64,000 nucleotides of DNA from Octopus bimaculoides (Eukaryota), in NCBI RefSeq assembly GCF_001194135.2, contig NC_069003.1, forward strand, positions 36,497,355 to 36,561,354. The letters run 5' to 3'. Within the stretch, counting starts at the first letter, position 1; the number at the start of each line of letters is the position of its first letter. The notes beneath the pieces are model-generated. The model saw only the letters and a program-made list of their open reading frames with translations. It made no database searches and was not told where the DNA came from. Made by a program: the position numbers and the translations under genes. This document shows positions 38,001 to 49,830 of this stretch, one piece after another.

Positions 38001-41000
38001 ATCAAATATGGGCCTTGTTCCTTCATTCTTCTGACGGATCATCACAAAATCATAAGGATTAAAATCCCGTCGGACAGGCTGAGGAGGAGATCCAGATGCT
38101 ACATGTGAATTTCGATGAATCCCAATTGTAATATTTTCATCAAAATGGAAAGGAGTATCTGGTTCAAGCATTTTAAAGCGTTCAGTCAGACTGCATCGTC
38201 TCTGGTTCTGTAGGTAAGCCCTACCAAGAGCCACACGACTGTAGCTATCTTCAGGAATTAAAGCATGGGATGACTGATAAGATCCTTGAGAGTAACCTGA
38301 AACCCCTGGAGACATTTTCCTACTATTGAATGAAGGAGGTAATGGGTTATCATGATAGCTAGAAAGAGAAGTGTGCTGAGATGAATGACCAAATGACTGT
38401 CCTGATGATTTGTAACTGGAGCTGGGCTGTCCACCATAATCCATAGAGGGCACCACTTGCCTGCTGCCACTGCCCCACATGGGTGACCTATGGGATAGAA
38501 ATTAGGTAACAGTTACAATTCAACATTATGGATGGCACTTCTGAAATATTCAATATCAAAAGTTTAAATAAATAATGAAAAAAAACTAAGATTTCACAGA
38601 TATTTTCAATAAATGCAGAAACTTGCTGGACTGGCTCCTGTGCAGGTGGCATGTAAAATACACCATTTTGAGCGTAGCCGTTGCCAGTACCGCCTGACTG
38701 GCCTTCGTGCCGGTGGCACATAAAAAGCACTCACTACACTCTCGGAGTAGTTGGCATTAGGAAGGGCATCCAGCTGTAGAAACTCTGCCAAATCAGATTG
38801 GAGCCTGGTGTAGCCATCTGGTTCACCAGTCCTCAGTCAAATCGTCCAACCCATGCTAGCATGGAAAGTGAACGTTAACCGATGATGATGAAGATCATCA
38901 TCATCTAAATAATTAATTTAATGCTTACACAAAAGTTCACATCAAAGATGTTTTTCTTTTGTATCTAGTTGCATGTATGTTTCATTTAATGCAGCCTTAG
39001 TCCATTAATATTCATGGTAAAAACAAAACAAAGAAATGCAAATTATACAGGGTATCCACAAAGTCTGGGTACATGGGAATTAACACATACTTTAAGAAAT
39101 TATTATTTCTTATATTTAATTGTTTATGTTATGATTTTATTTACTCCATGTACCCAGACTTTGTGGACACCCTGTAGAATGAATTTATAAAGCTTACTTG
39201 GATCGCCGCTTCATATTAACAGGACTACGTCTTGAAATTGGGCTAAACCCCTTCCTAGAATGATCTCGACGACTGTAGCTGTCATGATGAGAAGGTGGAG
39301 AATATCTATGTCGCCGCGATACAGATAACGTACGGTTTGGGCTGTGAGCAGAGGCCATGTGTGAAATTGGTGACCTTGAATGTCGTTCCACCCTTGTAGT
39401 GTTGGACCGATAATGACTGACGTGACTATACGGGAGGTATGTGTCAGTGTGATGGTGGCTCTCTTTCCGATGGTAGAGAGAGAGAGACTTGGAGGGAGGA
39501 GATCTATCTCTGAAAAGAAAAAAGAAAAAAAGGAACAACTAATTAATGTATTCAACACAATTATCATTACTATCTTTTATCTCTTATCTTCTTATCTTTT
39601 TACAAGTTTCTGGCCATGCTGGTGCACTGCCTAAGAGAAGTCTTTGACAAATGAATCAATCCCAGTTACTTTTTTTTAAAGTCTGGTACTTATTATATCT
39701 ATCTCTTTTGCCAAACTGCTAAGTTATGGAGATGTAAACACAGCAACACACACACATGATGGGCTTCTTTCAGGTTCCGTCTACCAAATCCACTCACAAA
39801 GCTTTGGTCGATCTGAGGCTATAGTAGAAGACACTTGCTCAAAGTGCCCCGCAGTGGGACTGAATCTGGAACCATGTGGTTGGGAAGGAAGCTTCTTACC
39901 ACACAGCCATGCCTCTACCTACATATTCATATCAAACCACTGCATTCATCTTCAACAAAGCAAGTGAATTGTTGCTTTACATTTGATCCACTCCAATCAT
40001 AAACAGCTCTTAATGACAAAGATGATGGCTGAGCAGAAATTGACCAAACTTCATCATGAACAATCTTTCACCAAAAAACTACAAGAATTTATCCTAAATT
40101 AATGTACACACCACAAAGCATTCTTGCCTTTCATGCTCTGCATTCAAATAATGCTTTCATAAGAATGACAATTATTTCTTAAATATAAACTATAATAAGA
40201 ATAATATCAGAGGTTGCCTACTCCATGGAACATCCATGGATCCAATGAGTCATCATAATTATTGTATTAACAAGTCTTTCTATGTTAGCATTATATTGGT
40301 TTCAAATTTTGACACAAGGCCAGCACTTTAGGGGGAAGGTCTAAGTTGATTACATCGACCCCCACCCCCAGCCCTCACCTGATACTTATTTTGTTGGCTC
40401 CAAAAGAATGAAAGGCAAAATCGACCAACATGGCATTTGATTTCAGAATGTTAGGATGGATGAAATGCCACTAGGCATGTTGCCAAGTGTACCAAAAATT
40501 CTGCCTGCTCGCTGTCCTCGTTGGCATTATATTACAATAACATGATAAGCATTTTGAGAAGGAACAGCAGCAACAACAACACACACATTGGTAACAACTG
40601 ACTCGTACACCTATTGCTGCACATTAGAGTGTGTTAACCTACGTGTGTTATCTTTCTGTTTCTCTAGCTCTAGCTAGTGGGATTCAGCCATCCATGTTGC
40701 AAAATATTTCACTCTCTGCTTGGTATTTGGTGAATGAGGGAGTTTGATGCAGTTGCTAATGTGCATTTGTTGCTGTGAAGTAAATTCATTTGGGATTTTA
40801 CTTCGTCAAAATGCCTGAGAGTAGTTTGAACTTCTTACTAGCATCAACAATCTGCAGAATGCTCAATTTGGTTAAGAACTGAATTAGCGACAAACTCTGA
40901 AAAATGCTGCGTGTGAGTAAATTGCGGCCATAAGAGTATCATTCAACTACTACCGCAGTTGAATGCTTTTAACGTGTTTAAACGAAAACAATAGCAAATT

Positions 41001-41090
41001 TCTGACAGGTCAAACATACATTTTAAGTGCAATCTGAAAACAATGGAAACGAACGTGAAAACCCAAGTTTTGATCTTTAGTTGCCACGAA

Positions 41091-41172
<82 letters not shown>

Positions 41173-43155
41173 CGTGTGTGTACGCGTGCGTTTGACTGTT
41201 GGTTAAAGCCTTCTCATGAGGTTTTCCGATAACAGCGTTACCTCAACTAATATTTATGCTTTGCTTACATTTATTNNNNNNNNNNNNNNNNNNNNNNNNN
41301 NNNNNNNNNNNNNNNNNNNNNNNNNNNNNNNNNNNNNNNNNNNNNNNNNNNNNNNNNNNNNNNNNNNNNNNNNNNNNNNNNNNNNNNNNNNNNNNNNNNN
41401 NNNNNNNNNNNNNNNNNNNNNNNNNNNNNNNNNNNNNNNNNNNNNNNNNNNNNNNNNNNNNNNNNNNNNNNNNNNNNNNNNNNNNNNNNNNNNNNNNNNN
41501 NNNNNNNNNNNNNNNNNNNNNNNNNNATATATCAAAACTATTTTGATATATAACTCTGCAGAATATTTAACTTTAATATGTACCTCACATAAATACAACT
41601 ACATACCAGGTTGTAATACTGGAATAAGTACGTATGCTTCAAGAGGACACAGCTAGGATTTTACCCTACCTACACAAACAAATATATTGTATATTTCACA
41701 ACCCCGTTGCGCCAACCAGTGAGAGGTACTCAAGATATAAAGGTGTTAGCGTAGTGATTAGTGTAACTGGCATATTTCCAGGTATCATCAATTCTCTACA
41801 TGCGGTGACTTCAAAGTAAACAATGTTGATTAACTAATGAAATTATAATTACATAAGAAAACATTAAAACCGCCTAAATTTATCTGTTCTTAAAATGATA
41901 AAAGGGCGGATTCGGGAAATAGCTGTCCTTCAAAATCCCAAGCCACATGGGAAAAGATGTTTTTTTTTTCTTTCAAATATTCATATTCCTGTTTCATGCA
42001 TCGGGCATTATAAGTTGAATAATAAAAATCTTTCCCAAAATTTCAGTTTTCCTTTTTTAAACACTCTTGCCTCTAACTTCGTTTCCAATGAAGAAGTTAT
42101 TTCAAAACTACGCCGATTTTAATATAACATTTATTTTCATTATCAACTACAAATGGCTGGACTAAATTTTCACATGGCATCAATGAATTTACTTCCGACA
42201 CAGTAAATAAATAAATCTGATCATTAACTAATTTTATGGTAAAGCAGCGATGAAGAAAATTTCTGAAGAAGAAAATTGTCATTCAGAAGGAGATAAATTT
42301 GAATGACACTTGTATTTTTTTCTTTTTTTTTGAGATTTACAATGGCAGTTTAACCAGTGTGTGCGCGCGCGTATACAGACACACACATACATACATACAT
42401 ATAACTATATANNNNNNNNNNNNNNNNNNNNNNNNNNNNNNNNNNNNNNNNNNNNNNNNNNNNNNNNNNNNNNNNNNNNNNNNNNNNNNNNNNNNNNNNN
42501 NNNNNNNNNNNNNNNNNNNNNNNNNNNNNNNNNNNNNNNNNNNNNNNNNNNNNNNNNNNNNNNNNNNNNNNNNNNNNNNNNNNNNNNNNNNNNNNNNNNN
42601 NNNNNNNNNNNNNNNNNNNNNNNNNNNNNNNNNNNNNNNNNNNNNNNNNNNNNNNNNNNNNNNNNNNNNNNNNNNNNNNNNNNNNNNNNNNNNNNNNNNN
42701 NNNNNNNNNNNNNNNNNNNNNNNNNNNNNNNNNNNNNNNNNNNNNNNNNNNNNNNNNNNNNNNNNNNNNNNNNNNNNNNNNNNNNNNNNNNNNNNNNNNN
42801 NNNNNNNNNNNNNNNNNNNNNNNNNNNNNNNNNNNNNNNNNNNNNNNNNNNNNNNNNNNNNNNNNNNNNNNNNNNNNNNNNNNNNNNNNNNNNNNNNNNN
42901 NNNNNNNNNNNNNNNNNNNNNNNNNNNNNNNNNNNNNNNNNNNNNNNNNNNNNNNNNNNNNNNNNNNNNNNNNNNNNNNNNNNNNNNNNNNNNNNNNNNN
43001 NNNNNNNNNNNNNNNNNNNNNNNNNNNGAAACCGCTAACATTGTTTTGTATAAGTTTTGCTTCTGATAATATTACGAAGGCAGAAAATCATGAAAAAGAA
43101 ATATCTACCTCCGATCCTTTCTGTGTCCAGGAGATCTTCTTTTCGGTAGTGGCAT
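25475..43155 (-). CDS. BCLAF1/THRAP3-family-like Arg/Ser-rich nuclear protein, about 586 aa
   Basis: Join 43109-43155 (MPLPKRRSPGHRKDR), 39198-39509, 37804-38487, 36987-37067, 32982-33146 (NPDDLRHSI), 29943-30004 (DREYTPKRR), 26914-26967, 26604-26665, 25649-25859 (RGG/RS-rich), 25475-25557 (TAA). All GT-AG with consistent phases. The DLRH and EYTPK motifs plus RS-rich termini resemble the BCLAF1/THRAP3 family; the family call rests on short motifs only. Confidence 0.8.
26124..26170 (-). ncRNA. Minimal type I hammerhead ribozyme-like motif (sense to the host pre-mRNA), probably degenerate
   Basis: aacac-CTGATGA-g-GGCTG(gagactacat)CAGCC-GAAA-catt-gtgat. Confidence 0.55.
26382..26427 (+). ncRNA. 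Minimal type I hammerhead ribozyme-like motif (antisense copy), degenerate
   Basis: aacac-CTGATGA-a-aGCTG(gagaggacat)CAGCc-GAAA-catt-gtgat; the stem II closing pair is mismatched. Confidence 0.45.
32100..32530 (+). mobile_element. CR1/L2-like LINE 3' remnant
   Basis: Pyrimidine-rich decayed ORF ending ...gaaacaactccttcctaagcagtactgacaga (NSFxxxxxRLWN-like). Confidence 0.45.
34620..34960 (+). mobile_element. CR1/L2-like LINE 3' remnant
   Basis: Encodes HFVQSFLPKVSTFWNFLP, the conserved SFxPRTxxxWNxLP LINE terminal motif. Confidence 0.6.
38620..38895 (+). mobile_element. SINE with (GAT)n tail
   Basis: gttggcattaggaagggcatccagctgtagaaactctgccaaatcagattgg...gcatggaaagtgaacgttaaccgatgatgatga. 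Confidence 0.85.
39048..39174. mobile_element. Tc1/mariner MITE, 127 bp
   Basis: Near-perfect TIRs of about 28 bp (cagggtatccacaaagtctgggtacatgg / ccatgtacccagactttgtggacaccctg) with TA on both sides. Confidence 0.9.
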
Positions 43156-43713
43156 CTTGAATTCGATTTTACAGTTAGATCTGTTGTACCTTTAATGAAG
43201 ACTGATGAGTTTAGACGTCGATCTGGTTGACGGTCGCCATATTGATTGAAGGTTAGGGAAGGAAAGGGAAATCTATGGAAGATCAGAAATACTAAAATTC
43301 ATTTAGATAGTGCAGAAATATTTTTAAAAAGTGTTAGGAAGGATCAATGCAGGAAAGGAGATAATCACTAATATATTGCGGATCATTCAACACTAAATTA
43401 CAAAATAAGTAATGCTTTCCACTTTTTTCTAGATTTCACGTATATTCTCCGGTAGTTTCGTATCAAAAATTTCCTCATTTATCCTATACGCATACATCCA
43501 ATGTTTATCATTTTTATTATTGTTGTTGTTATTATTATTGTTATTCGTGTTAACCTGAAAGTATGTCTTCAATATTTTCCCTTACAAGAGGTTTCCCCTC
43601 ACAGTTTTTATTTTTGACGAAACAACTTCAATTTTATATGTTTTGTATTTTATAGTTTCCTTTGAATACACCATTTGGCATTTATCGTAGTTTCGTACGA
43701 TCGCCATAACTAC

Positions 43714-43790
43714 CAATGTGGAGTCCAACCTCCCCGCCGCCGCCGCACTCTAATATAGAGTTACGTCCCGTTTCACTTTACTTCGAAGTA
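43714..43790 (-). promoter_or_regulatory. Probable non-coding first exon / promoter of the BCLAF1/THRAP3-like gene
   Basis: GC-rich (GCG)n run at about 43733-43746, TTG|gtagtt donor at 43713 and a matching acceptor (tttctgatcttccatag|) at 43273 upstream of the ATG exon. Confidence 0.4.
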
Positions 43791-44259
43791 GGGAGTAATA
43801 AAAATTTTACGTAAATGATAAATTAAAAGTGGCCGAAGTTTAGCCAGACATATATACTTCCCACATTGCACATACAATCTCTAAGCGGAACAATAAAACT
43901 GTGCAAGGTTTTTCTTAAGTTCAAAATTTGAATTTGTTTTCCTTAACCACATTCCAATAATGGAACTTTATATCTTTGGTAGAAACCGGTTCCTTCTTTA
44001 CAGTAAGATTTCAAATATTTGAAAATAGCGGACAACATGCATACATGTCTTTTACTTGTTTCAATCATTAGACTGCGGCTATGCTGGGGCACCGCCTTCA
44101 AGAATTTTTAGTCCAATGAATCGACCCCACAACTTTTTTTTTTAAAGCCTGGTACTTATTCTATCGGTTTCTTTTGCCAAACCACTAGATACGAGGACGT
44201 AATCACACCAACACCGGTTGTCAAGCAGTGGTGGGAATCAAACACTCAAAGACACACAC

Positions 44260-44296
<37 letters not shown>

Positions 44297-44814
44297 NNNN
44301 NNNNNNNNNNNNNNNNNNNNNNNNNNNNNNNNNNNNNNNNNNNNNNNNNNNNNNNNNNNNNNNNNNNNNNNNNNNNNNNNNNNNNNNNNNNNNNNNNNNN
44401 NNNNNNNNNNNNNNNNNNNNNNNNNNNNNNNNNNNNNNNNNNNNNNNNNNNNNNNNNNNNNNNNNNNNNNNNNNNNNNNNNNNNNNNNNNNNNNNNNNNN
44501 NNNNNNNNNNNNNNNNNNNNNNNNNNNNNNNNNNNNNNNNNNNNNNNNNNNNNNNNNNNNNNNNNNNNNNNNNNNNNNNNNNNNNNNNNNNNNNNNNNNN
44601 NNNNNNNNNNNNNNNNNNNNNNNNNNNNNNNNNNNNNNNNNNNNNNNNNNNNNNNNNNNNNNNNNNNNNNNNNNNNNNNNNNNNNNNNNNNNNNNNNNNN
44701 NNNNNNNNNNNNNNNNNNNNNNNNNNNNNNNNNNNNNNNNNNNNNNNNNNNNNNNNNNNNNNNNNNNNNNNNNNNNNNNNNNNNNNNNNNNNCCTCCAGT
44801 TGTCTTCTACATTG

Positions 44815-45175
44815 TGTAAAGCTATATCCCCCTCTATTTCGTCAAAGGCTTAGAGACTTATTACTCGAAGCCCTCGACGAAATAGAGGGGAATGTAGCTT
44901 CACACAATGTAGAAGACAACTGGACGTTTCTACGGGACAACCTGCTGATGGCCACTGACCAGATCTGTGGATGGTGCAAAGTCCCCTCTCGACCCAAAAT
45001 CACGTGGTGGTGGAACAATGTTGTTGGCAGGCCTATTAGACAAAAGAAACAGGCTTGGAAGGACTGGAAGAACGGTGGTAGCAGGGAATTGTATCAGACT
45101 GCCGGAAGGAAAGCTAGGCGACAGGTTTATTTAGTCAGAGGGGAAGCAGATGAGAAAAAATTTGCCAATGTTCTG
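44815..45175 (+). mobile_element. RTE-type LINE ORF2 fragment (region between endonuclease and RT)
   Basis: VEDNWTFLRDNLLMATDQICGWCKVPSRPKITWWWNNVV...KKQAWKDWK, the typical LINE TWWWNxxV linker motif. Confidence 0.8.
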
Positions 45176-47160
45176 CTGAATCACTCTCATTTTATTCATT
45201 ATTAGCATATATCAATAACGTAACTTTCCTGTTTTAAACAATGCTATGAGAATTAGAAATTTGTCATTGAATGTTTACGATACACATAATCAAACGAAGT
45301 ATGAAATGAAATATAATTTAAAATGAACAAACTTATGCATACATTCCGTATCAAATTAATCAATTCATATATTGAATTTCAGGGGAGTGTATCAAGAAAT
45401 ATATCAGTTATGAGTTTTCTCCCTTGACGAAATAACTTTTGGTGATCATTTTATATTTCTTTTTCAACGGTGAAGAAATTTTATTACTTATTATTTCATT
45501 ACTTTGGTTTACTAAATATTTTCGGGCTATTAACAGACCACTCTTCTGAATGGGACCACTCTTCTTGAATAGTACCTATTTTATCTACGCGACCATTTTA
45601 CTTTTTTCTACTCTAGTGCTTATAATATCTAATATCAGTTCCTCACATTGACATAAGACTTCCTATTGGCAGGAATGGAGAGAAACGATTGAATCAATAT
45701 TCAATATGTAATTGATATGTATTTGATCGATCACAGTGTTGTGAAAAGCAAAATTAAATCCCGATGGAATATGAGTTTACAAAGCGTGAAAATGAAATTA
45801 AAAACATGGTTGTCTTCTGTCTTCACCACTTCTCCCCCCACTCTCTCTCTCAGTCTAGTAATGCTGAGTCTGCAGTAATATTCTTAAAATACTTTCATTA
45901 ATCGATATTAATAGGGTGGTGGAGGCAGCGAGCTGGTAGAATCGTTAGCGCACCGAACAAAACGTTTTTCAGTATTTCTTTCGACTTTACGTTCTGAATT
46001 CAAATTCCGTCGAGGTCGACTTTGCCTTTCATCCTCTCGGAATCGATAAAATAAGTACCAGTCGAGTGCTAGGGTCGATGTAATCGACATCCCCTTACTT
46101 CCTCCAAGCAATTTCAGGTCTTGTGCCTCTTGTAAGAAGAAATATTAATAGACTGGTGGGTTGGCTGGATTCCTTATGGGATTTCTTCCAGTCTTTAAAG
46201 TTCTGAGTTCAAATCCTGATGAGGTTCAGCTTTGCTTCCTACCCACCTCTCACATCGATAAAATAAAATACTATATGAGTCCTGGGGTAGATATAATCGA
46301 CTATTCCCGTTCATCTCCACCCGTGACGATGTTTGAAACTAGCAATTTCACGAACTGAATGCAGTGATGTGATTAAAACCCAAACTTGTTACTATTTCAA
46401 ATATGCACGGTCTTCCTACGGAATCCGTCGCAACCTTTTTTGAACTGGCAACAAGTTTATAATCAGTAATTAATGTTAATTTATTCACAATCTGATGTTC
46501 CACTATATCGCTTTCTCGCATTTTTGGCAGCATTAATAGCTTCGATATTGTCCTTAAATCATTTCTTTGCAAGCTGGGGAGATATAAACGTATATGTTTA
46601 AAGCAAGGGAGTTCCAAAATTTATTTAAATAAGAGACGAGCAAAGTAAAACCGAGGATTAGTTAAGCAGGGAAACAACTCTGGATATGGTTTAGTGTTAT
46701 TTTGGTGTCAAGCTTTCCAACATAATTTGAAAATATAGCTAATACAGAAAATTGTACATTTATTGGCATAAAAAAAAAGTAGATTATTTGAATTTTAAGT
46801 TTTTGGTTGTGCTCTTACATCATCATAAGACTGTAATATGTAACGATTGATATAAAATATGCAACTGTAATATAAAAATGTTATATGTAAAAATGAAACT
46901 TTTCTCTATTCATCATTATCACCATCATCATGCGAGCATAAAAAAGTAGACGTTTTAACGTCCACTTTTCTATACTTGTGTGGGTCAGGTGAAATTTTAT
47001 CGAAGTGAATTTTCTACGGTTGGATGCCCTTCCTGTCGCCAATCCTCAACTGCTTTCAAAGGTGATATTTCCCCATGACCAGACATGTTTCTACAGAAGA
47101 CTGGGAATGAAAAACAGCGCTTGTGTGATATAGACATTCATATACAACTATCACGTGATG

Positions 47161-47197
<37 letters not shown>

Positions 47198-47648
47198 TGT
47201 ATGTTTACACACACACACACACACAGGGATATAGATCTATATATACATCTGTGAATTCTGTTGTGTCTGGGGAGAGTCATTCTCTTTTGCTTCGACACAT
47301 AAAGAATCCTGCAAACCAAATCCAAAAACGAAATACATCTGTGAAGACAGACACAATATAACAATATATAAGTTATGAAGTATAACTTATCATCAAAGGA
47401 AGTTACTTTTCCTTTTCTCACCCACTCTGTGTGTGTGTGTGTGTGTGCGCGCGCATCGATATGACTTGCTGATACGCGCATCATTATTTTATTATTGTCA
47501 GCAAAGAAGAGAAGTTTCTTCAACGAGTTTGTTTATATAATAAAGAACAAAATTCTTTTGCTTCAAGATTTCCAGAGCTCAGAAATGCACTGGAATTTAG
47601 TATAGGCTTATGTCTACGATTACATGGATAAAAGATTTTATCGTCAGG

Positions 47649-48110
47649 GGAATTCTTTCGCCTTGACTCGAAAGATCATAACAAGAGAACTGGGTAGTTT
47701 CTGTGATCACGTGTTGTCTTTTCAACTGTCAGTTGACATATCGGAATGGGAAGGGAAAGCTAAGGAGTTGTGAGTGCGTGCTTGTTTCTCTGTGTATGTG
47801 TGTGCGTTTGCGCTTGTTCCTTGTGTGTGTGTGTGTGCGTGCTTGTTCTTGTTTGTGTGTGTGTGCATGCTTGTTCCTGTATGTGTATATTTATCTACAT
47901 TCCACAACACAAACACATAAAAACAGAACAGACACACACACACACAAAGGAACAGGCACACACACACACACAGAGGAACAAGCACACATGCACAACCCAT
48001 CAGCTTTTTCTTCGATACGTCAACTGACAGTCGACAAAACAACACGTGATCACGGAAACTACCGAATTCTCTTGATTCTATGATTTTTCGAGTCAAGGCA
48101 AAAGAATACC
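47649..48110. mobile_element. Foldback / MITE-like palindromic element, 462 bp
   Basis: Outer inverted arms of about 100 bp (ggaattctttcgccttgactcg... / ...cgagtcaaggcaaaagaatacc) enclose mutually complementary (TG)- and (CA)-rich halves. Confidence 0.8.
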
Positions 48111-48589
48111 AGAGACAGTTTAGTATAAAATCGTGGAAGACACAAACAAATGAACAGAACTTGAATTATAAGCAAGGGCCTGCGAATAGAAAGTGCAGGG
48201 GCTGCAAGTGCACTCACTAAAATTTTTAGCAGGTGCAAGATCAAAATTTTCACCCCTTACATATTTTGCCAGGTTTAGAATATAACGTCTAAAAATTGAT
48301 CTGTAAAAAGTGGTTTGAAGTTAGGTTCCTTCTCGAAAAGATTCCCAAGGGAATTCTCTAGAAGGATAGACTACTGAACTAAAGCATCGTCACTATCAAA
48401 ATCTAAAGTATATATAGACAGCAACAACAGCATGGCCACTCCTCAAAACTAGCACAATTGATGACCTATGAAAAGCCCTTCACTGTCCAACGATCCACAT
48501 TCTTCGTTTTCTCCGAATACTACAACTGATCCATCGTCATCATCATCATCATTGCCATAATATACTTCACATTAATACATATACTATAC

Positions 48590-49084
48590 GTTAATGCAAA
48601 AAATATTGTGTTCATTGACTATCTTCAAAATGTTCATACCATGAATGGCAAGTTCAATGCCAACTTGCTGAGGCAGTTATGAAAGGCTACCAAGACCAAA
48701 CAACCAGAAAAACCGATGAATGGGGTCTTGTTTCATTAGGACAATGCTTCAGCACACAAGTCCTTGGTTTCAATGGTTGCTGTGCATGACTGGCTTTGAA
48801 CTGGTCGATCACCCCTCCCTATGTTAGTAATTTGGTTCCATCTGTTTCCCAACGTAGAAAAACACTCAGCTGGGCACCAGTATCTCTGTGATGATGACAT
48901 CTTATCTGCTGTTGGTGACCATTTTGACCAACAGAATAGCTTCTTGACCAGTGCGATCCAAGCACTGCAACTACCGATGGAAGTGTGTGGACAGTAGGAG
49001 GAACTACGTTAAAAAACGGACTTCATTTGGTCAAATTCCATGAGAATGTCTTGCTCAGCCTATGAACATTTCAGCCGACCCTCA
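48590..49084 (+). pseudogene. Decayed mariner transposase 3' half with TIR
   Basis: Remnants of GVLFHxDNAxAH, GFELVDHP, LFPN..KH, DD.I.AV; ends ttcagccgaccctcata. Confidence 0.85.
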
Positions 49085-49609
49085 TAATTATAAAAATTAT
49101 TATTACTATACCTGCATTTGTTTTAATGTTAACATTGCACCCATTAAAGCAAATTTTGTTGCTGGGCCATTGATTATAAGAGTCAAAGATTTTGTGTGTG
49201 CATGCATGCATGTATGTATGTATGTGTATGCATGTATGTGTGTATATGTGTATGTATGTCTGCGTGTGTATGTATGTACGTATGTATGTATGGACCGTAC
49301 ACATCTACCGCATAGATCAGTTCATGAAATGCATTCCAGTATTCAGTTACATCCTATCACGTTTTGCGTTCAAATTTCGTCGGAATGTATTTTTCATCTT
49401 TTTCGAGTTGAGGAAATAAAAACCAGGCACGTACTGGAAGCGATTAAATGGCTCTGCCTGTTTTAGAAACCATTATACTGTGATGGAATAAAAGACGCAC
49501 CCTTATCTCAGTAGATCTTATTCGGGGAAAATAGTTTTCAGTGCATTAAAACTTATGGGAAACCCAGCTTTACATACAGGAATTGGGGAGATTTTTTTAA
49601 AAAACCAAG

Positions 49610-49830
49610 TACAGTACTCTCTCGCCATATCGCAGTTCATATATCGCGGTTTGTTTCGCATTCATAATAAAATAAATATATATAAATTATAAAAATAATA
49701 ATAATGAAATATACAGTACAGTACTGTTTCTACTTCGCGTATTTTCATCTATCGCTGGGTAGATGGGCTGGAACGTAACACCCGCGATAAGATTGTACGT
49801 CTTAAATGCTATCAAGTACAGTAATTTTAT
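49610..49830. mobile_element. Tigger-like MITE fragment
   Basis: tacagtactctctcgccatatcgcagtt end, similar to the 8603 MITE TIR. Confidence 0.5.

Noticed and set aside
43202-43260. Other CTGATGA/CTGAAGA hits (also about 10125, 28310, 63175) as hammerheads
   Set aside because: No stem II followed by GAAA and no stem I complement.
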